A stretch of DNA of 64,000 nucleotides, from NCBI GenBank assembly GCA_964016885.1, contig OZ024743.1:349184001-349248000 (forward strand), written 5' to 3'. This stretch comes from Eledone cirrhosa (Eukaryota). The notes below the pieces were generated by a model. It was given only the letters and a program-made list of their open reading frames with translations, ran no database searches and was not told where the DNA came from. The translations under genes and the position numbers were made by a program. Below, piece after piece: positions 53,705 through 64,000 of this stretch. Position 1 is the first letter of the stretch; every line of letters begins with the position of its first letter.

Positions 53705-54298
53705 CTTGTGTGTGTGTGTGTGTATGTGCGTGTGTGTGTGTGCATATATTATTCATTTCACAGTTTTCTTGATATTAATCAATATGTTGTAACAGATATC
53801 TATTATAGCAGCTTATTTCTGCCAACGCAATTTAACCCCACTGGACGTCGCTCTATTTATATGCTTTGTGGCATGTTGGTGCGTCTCTTTATCTTATTAG
53901 TTTAAATCATGCTGTCGCCAAATATGCTTTTCAGGATTTCATCAGGTTTCATTCAAATAAACTACCAGCAAAGCACTGAGGTTGAGGCCAATTCAATTGG
54001 CTTTTACAGCTCTTCAAATTGCCTCAACAAGAAAACACTATTCTTTAGATAACACTCTATAGTTAACTATTTCATCATACAACCGTGACCATTTCAAAGA
54101 CTCCGTGATTAACTTTCCATTTTTAGATATTAACAGTTTATTCTTAAAATACGTATTTAAGAAAGCCACAACAATGCAGAGGGGAATCTCGAGGTAGGAA
54201 GTGGAAGATAGATAGGAAAAACAGGTGAAAGTGAAAATTGAGAGAGACAAAGATGAAAACAAAACAAAGGTAGAAGGGTTACCGTAGTAGAGATTTAA

Positions 54299-54334
54299 TC
54301 CCAATATTTCGGGCTCACGCCCATCAACGGGGGA
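54299..54334 (-). ncRNA. Minimal hammerhead with altered core in the PLE 3' region
   Basis: uccc-CCGUUGA-u-gggc(guga)gccc-GAAA-ua-UU^ggga. Stems are intact, but the core shows U4C and A6U. Confidence 0.6.
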
Positions 54335-54937
54335 AAGTTCCAAAAGGGGGGGAACAGGCCAAGCGGAGAAAGTTGTGATGTCGTTAAGACAGGAATGCCG
54401 TTATGGGGAGAAAATTATTTAAAATTTAAACGAGGGAAAGAATGCGCGTGCGCGTGATAGGCTGTGGCAAAAGCTACTGACCAAATGGGTTAAATCAAAA
54501 GGGTGCGCTAGCGTGTGAAAGCCGTAAGATATGTGTGTGTAAATATATATGTGTGTGTAACTGTGTGTGTATAAGTGTAAGTGTGTATATGTGTGAGTGT
54601 GTGTGTGTGTGAAAGATAGTGGGCTGTAGAAGCTGGAAATCAAAGGGTGTGAAAGGTGGTAGGTTGTAAGACATGTGTGCGTGTATAAATATAGATGTGT
54701 GTGTGTAAGCGTATGGGTATACATGTGTGTGTAACTGTGTGTGTATATGTGTGAGTGCGTTTGTGTGTGAAAGATAGTGGGCTGTAGAAGCTGGAAATCA
54801 AAGGGTGTGAAAGGTGGTAGGTTGTAAAAACATGTGTGCGTGTATAAATATAGATGTGTGTGTGTATGCGTATGGGTATGCATATACGTGCGTGTGTGTG
54901 AAGATAGCAGGCTGTAGGCTGTGAATGGTCACTATGG

Positions 54938-55762
54938 TTAAGTTAGCCATGTCAGCTCATTTCTCTCAGCCCGGTTGTTAAGTGGGGGTCTGAGGTTCTT
55001 AATAACAAGTGCTTCCTTTATCCTTAAGGATCCGATGCTGCGTTCAGTCGCTAGGACTGTGACCAAGGGTCTACCCTGTGGGTTTCCGCATTTAAGGATG
55101 TGTTTACGGAAGGAAGATGCGTTGGTGTTGATATGTTCCTTGATACGAACATGTAGGGGTCGGATGGTGCTACCTATGTAAAACTTGTTACATTTATCGC
55201 ATTGAATCTTATATACGACATAGGTGCGTAGGCAATCTGCCCCCCGTATCGGGCAGTTGCTGAGGGAACACGTCCCATCTGACTCGTCGGGTTTGTTGGA
55301 GAGGCATCTTCGCAGCGAAGGTCCTGTGTGGGCCAAATGTATGTCAAGTCCCTCCGTCCGTATGGCCCTGAGGATGGCGTTCGTGGTATATTCACTCAGG
55401 TGGGGGATTTTAAAGAAGCACCTGCTATTATTTAATTTTCTAGTGGGTGTCTGTCTATTGGGTCTGGGGTCTCTAATTCCGTTAATCAGTCGCTTGGGAT
55501 AACCATTAGATCTGAGTAGATTACGGAATTGCGTGGTATGGGGGAGACCACCCATCGGGTCGCTGCATCTGTTAGTGATCCGTGTCAGTTCATTTAGGAC
55601 ATAGCCTCTCTTAGCGTTGTTGGGGAGGGCTGAGTTATAATGCACAAATAAGTCCTTGCACGCTGCTTTGCGGTAGAAGGTGGTGTTTATGTCTCCTTCT
55701 TCCGAGATGTTGATACGGAAGTCGAGGAGGGCGAGTGACCCGTCTTCTCCTGGGTGTTCGAT
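54938..55762 (-). mobile_element. 5'-truncated Penelope-like element with an uninterrupted frame (RT end, thumb, GIY-YIG)
   Basis: IEHP..SLALLDFRI..TTFYRK..FVHYNSALP..NGYP..VVYKIQCDKCNKFYIGSTIRPLHVRIKEH..LRIKEALVI..RPPLN. Open for 274 codons. Confidence 0.95.
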
Positions 55763-57308
55763 ATTCTTAGTTAATTAATATTCATATTTTGTTGTTTCTT
55801 TAGTCGTAAGTGTGATGGAATTTCATTGTGTAACATAACGTTACAGTAAGTAGTCCGCACGCTCTGAGTTACATACGTACTTTACATGGAACGTGAAAAA
55901 GTAAAAACCGTTAGGGTATCCATTAAGGCGTTTATAAGTGTTAATTTGATATACCAAGATGTTCAGATATGCTTGGGCGTAATTGCTAATGCAATCAGTT
56001 GCTATACCACATGTGGTTTGACACACAAATGAGTAGTATATATTAGACTTACCACGTAGAGTGTTTGTGAGATTTCGATAGATTATGACGTTCACAGACA
56101 ATTTGGTGTAAATGGTAATGTGGTTCTTTTATGTAAGACAAATACATTATTTAATTCCTGGAGATGATTCTGTTAACTTTTTCAATCTCATATTGTTTAA
56201 TTTCTATCTCCTCCTTGGTTAGACCATCGAAAATCTATTTAGAGTGAAGCCCTGTCTGTGTATTCCTTCTAGCCCAAAGAGACTTGTATATAGTATCATA
56301 CACTCATATTATCTAATTATCATTAATCTAACTTATCTTAACATTAATGATAACGTCAATATAAATTCTACTCAGAGTCACCCACTCTCAATATATATAT
56401 TCCTTCAGGATTTATGGAGTTAGTTTACAATTTGACTTGCACTTACGATACATTTAATTATTATTTGTCTACATTTGTTTAAAATGTAATTATAATTTTA
56501 ACATCATTTAATCTTTACCGTTCACCTGCCCTACTGTACACTTGTATATACACTAATCCTGAAACGTAATCTCTTTAAAATTATTCACAAAAATTAATAT
56601 CATTCTACACAATCCTTCTCCTTTAGTGTCATGTCGACCATTTTATAAGCATGTAAATCATTCTGTTTTACCGCCAGCTAAGTAGCAATCTTTTCAACAT
56701 TTCGTTATAAATTATTCAGTTTAGAATATTCTAAAAAAGCTTGAAAACTCCACCAACTGCTTCTACTCCAGCACGTATGTCCTCAACAGTTTCCACCCCC
56801 ATGCCATTACATTAATTCTAAAACAATGAATAATCTTACTGCCAGTGGGTTAGCATCTTAACCGCCTCGAATTCTCCCAACTCAACGAACGGAAACTCTT
56901 TACCCTCTACACTTAATATATACAACAATAACACTAATTTCACAACCAACTCTAGCACCAATATTACGAGAACCAAAATCCATTCACAATTACAACTACC
57001 AGCACCACAATCTTCACTATAACAACCACCATTTCACTAACATTAACATGACCAACACCAATAACAGCATCACTCCAACAATTAGTACAAACGTTATCCC
57101 CAATATCCCTGTCACTACTAAAACTCTTGAAGCCCACAACACCAACATCATTTATTAATCTTACCTGTACGTAGTAGCTAAAATCTATCAGAAATAGTTG
57201 CCAAATGCCCTTCAGATAATACTCTGCCGTCTTACATGCTGGGTAATGTAGTTCTGGGTTCTCGTAAAAAAAAAATTGCACGGACGCGGTGGTTATGCGT
57301 TTCATTAT

Positions 57309-57716
57309 AATTGTTTCTACTTTTTGCACAAGGCCAGCAATTACCCCAGATATTTACTGGTGCATTATATTATCGACCCCGTAAGGATGAAAGGCAAAGT
57401 TAACCTCGGCGGGAATTAAACTCACATCGTAAAGGATCATGACTCAATGCTGCAAAGCATGGTGTCTGACGCTCGATCGATACTGCCAATTTCATTATAA
57501 TGGTTTCTTATATAGGCACAACACCAGTAATTTGATGGGAGAGGAAATTCGATTATATCTACCCCAGTGCGTAACTGGTACTTTATATTTTCGACCCAAT
57601 AAGGATGAAAGGCAAAGTTAACCTCGACGGAATTTGAACTCAGATCATAAAGGGCCGTAACTCTATGCTGCAAAGCATGGCGTCCAACCCTCTACCGATA
57701 CTGGCAATCCACAGCC
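57309..57716 (-). mobile_element. SINE dimer: short variant (57309-57490) and long variant (57499-57716)
   Basis: TTTCATTATAAT occurs before, between and after the two copies. Confidence 0.9.
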
Positions 57717-58042
57717 AATTTCATTATAATGTTGATGAATCAGGTCTAATCATCAACACAAAAATAACGACACTTAACACAATATTCGGCAACACCCACT
57801 TTCACCACCACCTCTACTATCACCACCACAACCACCACCACCTCCACCATCACCACCACCCGCACCACCACCATCTCTAATACTACCATTACTTCTAAAT
57901 AGAAAAATAACATTCTCACAAATTATTACCACTGATTCCACCAGTTCCACAACCACTACCCCCCCCCCCCCATCTTTGCCATTGCCACCAACAAGAACAA
58001 AACAGCATCGATTGCTAACATAGCTGCTACTACTACTACTAG

Positions 58043-58095
<53 letters not shown>

Positions 58096-59759
58096 TTACT
58101 ACGACAAATCAAGCAGCAAAACCGGCTGCATCACTACCTCCATACCCACCAATAAGAGTTACCTACACAACTACATCCACTACCATCTTCACAACTACCA
58201 CCATTACAAACACTCCCATCATACTCAACTCCAGCATCACCCCACCACCAACGATTCCATCATCAGCAGCACTACTACTATTTATCTTGTTCTCCATTCA
58301 TTGGGTGTTAAAAAGGAGTCAGAAAATATTTGACGCTAATGCTAGTGGTCAAGGTGGAGATGTTGTTTAAGAAGACAACTGTCCACTTCCTACATACTTC
58401 ATTCATCCACTGCTTCATCACTAATCAGCCTCTGTCCGAATGAAGAATTCCATAGAATATTCCTAGAAATATCCAACGGCTCGATGAATCTGCCTAATTT
58501 CCATTGGACGATGCAGCCATTCACTTGTAAAATGTCAACAACGGTTTAGTTATAGATGTTAGAGAAGAACATAGCTAGGTCTGTTGACGAGACATAGTAT
58601 TTAGGTAGTTGCCCTTGCCAATGTTTGGAGAAGACGAGATAACTTAGAGGAGGGTGGTATATTGTGGAGCGGCTGTGTGGCTAGGCAGTGTATGTGTGTG
58701 TGTGTGTTGCAACCGCTGGGCGGCAGGTCGGTCGCTCCATGTTTTGATAGGCAGTGACCCGAGACAAGGAACAAGGCTGAAATAGTAAAATGAAAAGCAG
58801 TTTCCTCCTCATCAGACTCAGACAACATATACTATGATAATAAATGAATAATGCACATTGAAATTGTTACTCACACATACACACACTCACATATTCACAC
58901 ATACATACATTCACACACTCACACATTCACTACATAAGCATACACATACAAACACGCACATTCGGTCATATACATATATCACACACTGCACAGACAGACA
59001 CACACATAACTATGTGCATTTGCATGCAGATTACTACCTTATCCGCTATGTATTTTTATTCATATACTGCTATTCACACACATTTGCATAACCTTCAGAA
59101 CCCATTTTCTAAAAACAATCGTACTGGGAAAAATGAATCTCATAGATTGAAGTAATAACGATACAAAATGATAAATCCACTTAGCATGTTCAGCGAAGTC
59201 GTTTTAGAATACAAAGTGAGGTTTAGAGCGTTTGTGGACAATACTTTTATAGAAGTAAAAGCAAGCGCTTCATTCTGTACGAATAGTTTTACCAGATCCC
59301 AGAGTATAAAACCATATGTTTTTCTTACAGACTTGGAGGTCTTGAAAATGTGAATGATGCTCTTCCTTCAGATTATTGATACGAAATAAATCCATAAAAC
59401 ACTTCGATGTAGAATCACTTACATACAGCTGAGTATAAATGTGAAGATGTAAAAAAAAAAAATGTTATCTCGATCATACATTTTGAGTAAGTACATAATG
59501 ATTTTGTTTTTCGCCGGTTCAACATAGCGTTCGCATTTGAAGGTTTACAGTCAAGGACGACATCGGTTTGATTCGAATTAAGGGTTTACAAGGTCGGAAC
59601 TAATGAAAGGTACATTTCATCCATCAATTTACTGTTTCTATAAACCCATCAGTTAACATTGCAAATATTCGTTAATTTATACTGCAATTGTTTTCAGCAG
59701 AGCTGTTCTGATACAAAAGGTGTCGCAGGTGACGGATTGTGATACGGCCACCAAATATG

Positions 59760-62366
59760 ATGGTTAGTTGCGATAGAAGCGAGCAACTGACGGACAAATA
59801 AACAACCCCGAAACAACAACAATAAATTAATAGGTGCGATGGAGCAATGAGTGACCCCTGTAGCTCCCAAGTAAACTCCCACAACTCAGTGGTGTAGCTA
59901 TGATGAGACGAGACAAGGCCGCCTCTAAAAATTCAGTTCTTCGTGGGTTTGGGAAAGAAGAAAATTTAGTGACTGGCCACAACCATTAAAACTACAATAT
60001 GATGAGTGATACGAAAAAGAAATATACCACATCGTCCTACGCGCGGGTTAATAAGGGACGGGTTCAGGCCTTAGGCCGGCCTGTTCGGAAAATAGAGTGC
60101 AGTCTCCATTTCATGCCACAACATCTTGCGAAGTGTTGGTGATCTGTCGCCGGAGGCCTGGGATGGACACACGAATTGTGTATCTGGAGACTCCAAAGAG
60201 GATTCGGAAGGGAGCAAAGCTTCACAATTGGGACCTGGAATATCACAACCCTTACAGGTAAGGAGCAGGATCTACTGGAGGAGCCTAGATGCTAGTGGCC
60301 AGATGTAACCGGGGTTTTTTCAACAAAGTTCCATGGCTCTAGTACTTTAGATTTTGATGGAGGATGGAAGCTCCACTATTTAGGCATGGTTCCAGAAATG
60401 ACATCGCAGGTGGGAGTGGGGATACTCACAAGCCTCCAATGTGTTATGGACTGGAAACCCATTAAGAAGGAGGATTTGCCTCTTGAAGCTTACGCTAAAA
60501 GATAGGTCTCTGTGGGTGGTGAACGTTAATGCACCAAACAAGGATTCCGAACGCCGATCCTTCCTTAATAAATTCATTGCAATGTAGGATGTGTTTAAGT
60601 CATATATCGCGGCGAGAGATCTCAATGTACATGCTGGCACTAACCACCTGGTATGAAAATGAGTATTGGTAGGAACTGTGACTCCGATATAAATACGAAA
60701 AGAGAGGCCATATTAGACTTCTCTTTTAGTAATGGACTCTCAATTATGAACACCTTCTTCGATCAAAGAGACATCCATAAATAGCCATTGTATCAGGGAC
60801 AAAAATCAATACTCGATTTTGTTATTGTTTTTGATCTCTTCGATTCTGTGCGGGGTATTCGTGTTAAGAGAGGGGCTGAGCTGTCAACTGATCACCATCT
60901 AGTTATCTGCAAACTGAGATTATCTAAAGCTAAGGAACCCCACAAAATGGGAGGTCCATGGCTAGCTACAGTATAAGGTGGGACGCGTTGGTGAACAAGA
61001 AAGGAAGTCAGTACCAGGTATGAATCTCAGGACGTTGAGACGAAGTCAAAATTATTCAGCTCAGCAATTTGGTTTCAGATGTTAAAAAGTGTTTGAAGAA
61101 AAGGTTTGGTGTAGCGCCGCATGGTTCATTAAAGTGGTCAAAAATGATATCCAAGCAAAGAGGGAAGCCTACAAATCTTGACTTAAAAATAAGTCCTCCT
61201 TCTTATATCTTGCGTTAGAATCTGGTACAAAGACTCGCAGGAGCGACATTAAATGCGTCCATCCACCAAAATTGTAATAAGAAGTCCTCCTCCACACATA
61301 CTATTAGGAACGTGTCACGGTTCTCCTCTCTTCAAAAATGTGCATCGTCACTAGTTGGAGAGAATAATTTGATGATCTCATAAACCCGATCACAACAACA
61401 TATTCTGATATACAGGAGGTGCATCTGAGACCGATGACTAATATCTCGAAGGCTGAGATCTCAAGAGTAGTTAAACAATTCAAATGAGGCAAGCTCTATG
61501 AGGAAAATGATATCTGGCCTGAGATTTTAAACGACTCAAACAGAGAGGGATGTATCTGGCTGAATTATGTTTACCGAGTGGCCCCGATCTCAGGGAGGTA
61601 CCTAAACAATGGAAATCGAGATTGATAATCACAATTGTCAAAAAAAAATGAGAAAAGAGTGATTCTTCCAATTATAGAGGGATATCTTGTTAACCTCCTC
61701 GGTAAAATATATGCTAAGTGTCTGGCAAAGTGATGTAGTGAGATAGTTTACGATCAATGCAGTTTTTTGCCCCAGACGTATCACAGCCGACCAAATATAT
61801 ACACTGCAGCAGGTCGTTGAGAAATCGTTGGAGTATTGCAAAGAGGTATATTCTTCTTTTGTAGACCGAAAAAAGGCATTTGACCACGTTCTGCGGGACC
61901 TGCTGTTGAAGGTTCCGCAGGAGTATGCGATCGGTGGTCAGCTTCTTGTGTACCTGATGTCTCTATACAAATGTTCGAGTATTTTCTTTTCGGATAAATT
62001 GTGTATAATCAAAACCATTCAATGTAGGAGTCTGGCTGCGCCATGGTTGCGTACTGTCACCTCTCCTGTTCATTATTTTCATGAACAGAATTGACATGCA
62101 CTTCCGCGCTGGAAGTGGTATCACGACTACCAGGAGTAAAATTAGTCAGCAGGAATTTGCAGACGACATGGAGTTACTTAACTCGATAGAAGGTCATCTC
62201 CGACGTGCTCATGATACGTATGATGCCCAGTGCTGCGTGGATGGAACGGAAATTAATGCTGCGAAAACTGAGGCACTGGTTGTCTCAAGGAAACAAACGC
62301 AGAGCAGTATATATGCGAATAGAATTCCAGGGAAGCCGATGGAGAAGTTAAAGTATCTCGGGACCG
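59760..62366 (+). pseudogene. RTE-clade (Expander/Rex3-like) LINE, endonuclease plus RT, decayed and 3'-truncated
   Basis: FTIGTWNITTLTGKE, VGVGIL, NAPN, NGLSIMNTFF, RVKRGAELSTDHHLV, NYRG, FVDRKKAFD, LRHGCVLSPLLFIIFM, EFADDM, KYLG. Confidence 0.9.
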
Positions 62367-62369
62367 TAA

Positions 62370-62403
62370 AGAAGGAAAAGAAGAAGCAGAAGAAGAAGGA
62401 GGA

Positions 62404-62488
<85 letters not shown>

Positions 62489-62860
62489 AAGAAGAAGAAG
62501 AAGAAGAAGAAGAAGAAGAATGATGATGATGAGGAGGAGGAGGGGGGGTGGAGGAGGAGGAGGAAGAGGTGATGAAAAGGAGTAGGAAGAGAGAAGTCGA
62601 ACAGGAGGAGAGGAGAAGAAGGAGGAGGAAGAGGACGAGTGGGAGGAGGAGGGTGATGATGAGGGGGTGAGGAGGGGGGAGGAGGAGGAGGGGGGAAGAA
62701 GAAGAAGAAGAAGAAGAAGAAGAAGAAGAAGAAGAAGAAGAAGAAGAAGAAGAAGAAGAAGAAGAAGAAGAAGAAGAAGAAGAAGAAGAAGAAGAAGAAG
62801 AAGAAGAAGAAGAAGAAGAAGAAGAAGAAGAAGAAGAAGAAGAAGAAGAAGAAGAAGAAT
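62370..62860. repeat. Compound (AAT)n/(AAG)n/(GGA)n tract
   Basis: Read directly from the sequence. Confidence 0.97.
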
Positions 62861-63796
62861 GATTACTAACAAACGTGAGAGAAATATTTGTTTATTCCAA
62901 AAGGGACAAAACCTATGTCTGAAGATTTTTCCGATGTGGAAGATCTTCCTTTGTTTCTAATTTTATTGGATAAAATGTATTTGCTACTACTTTATCAAAC
63001 ATGCTGTATGATTTTCCAGAGAGTATAATGAGGGTATATGTGGCTAATCTTTCTACCAGGTTAAATTACAAGCTATAGCCTTCTCCTCTGGCTCATATAC
63101 TTAAAGGATTATCTACGTAACACAACAAACCGGTATTTGACACAGCAACGTAATTCATCGTCACGACTGGATACAACGAAAATCCAGAATTACTGTTCTA
63201 ATGATCATTCTCATAGTTATAATAACTAGTAGAAACACCACCCTCTGGTGGTTTTCTGCTAGCATGTGTAGTGTGTATATTGATATTATACACAAATATG
63301 TATGCATGTAGATATGATACATCAAATACAGAAATTGAACGAAGACTATGTTACACTGTCTCCTGTAATCAGTAAAGTAATCTATGATACATTTAAAAAA
63401 AGACGATATTATATATAAACTGCATTAGGAGAAAATTAGCGACGGAAATATGTACGATATTTTTATAAGTGTTGACATTTGAAAATTTTAAAGAAGTGAA
63501 TCTTTAAATAAGCTATAAAATATATTTAATTTACAGCCACGAAATTTAGCACATAAATTATGTAATATTCATTCAATATTTATTCAAAGTAATCCAACTT
63601 ATTTTATAAACGGGGTAAAAAAATATATTCTGGACGTAGTCCAGCACTCCTTTCTTTATTATAGTTAAGATATCTATCCTTGTAACACAAATTAATATCT
63701 ATTTCTGATAAAAAGAAAAAGCAATGCATTAAAATAACGCCAACATATTCTACAATGTATACTCATACAAATATATAAAATTGCAAACATAAATGT

Positions 63797-64000
63797 CTCT
63801 ACTTTAAAGCACAAGGCCAGCAATTTTTGGGGAAGGGGAAAGTCGATTATGTCGACCCCAGTTCATTACTGGTACTTTATTACTGGACCTTTTAAGGATG
63901 AAAGGCAGAGCTAACCTCCGCGTGATTTGAACTATGAATGTAAAGAGCCGTAATTCTATGCCACAAAGCACATTAACCGACGCTCTACCGATACTGCCAA
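63797..64000 (-). mobile_element. SINE family 1, long variant (runs off the window end)
   Basis: Reverse complement of the consensus, including the GGGGAAGGGGAAAGTCGAT segment. Confidence 0.88.

Noticed and set aside
53922-53946. Minus-strand CUGAUGA-AAUCCU-GAAA
   Set aside because: Stem II is essentially absent.
59720-59900. Possible HDV-like ribozyme in the RTE 5' UTR
   Set aside because: The nested double pseudoknot could not be built by eye. A descriptor search would be needed.

Overview
AT-rich, repeat-saturated eukaryotic DNA, most likely an octopus intron or intergenic region. The species call is an inference from the tRNA-head SINE carrying GCCTTTCATCCTTACGGGGTCGATAAAATAAAGTACCAG and from the extreme (TA)n/(CA)n load. 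No intact cellular gene is visible, and nearly all ORFs in the track are microsatellite translations. Recognisable content: four Penelope-like element (PLE) GIY-YIG/RT remnants of different types; a same-orientation cluster of L1/Tx1-like LINEs (20.7-29.9 kb); several RTE-clade LINE remnants; one internally deleted mariner; about 15 copies or fragments of one SINE family; and 2-3 weak candidate exons. The most notable hidden structure, invisible in the ORF track, is a dense set of minimal type I hammerhead ribozymes. About 10 have an intact or compensated core (canonical CUGANGA or U3-A8 UUGANAA) and several more are decayed. They sit in short non-coding cassettes that lie inside or beside (TA)n tracts and often form fold-back inverted repeats, including one cassette with a hammerhead on each strand. 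All coordinates were read by eye and may be off by a few bases.
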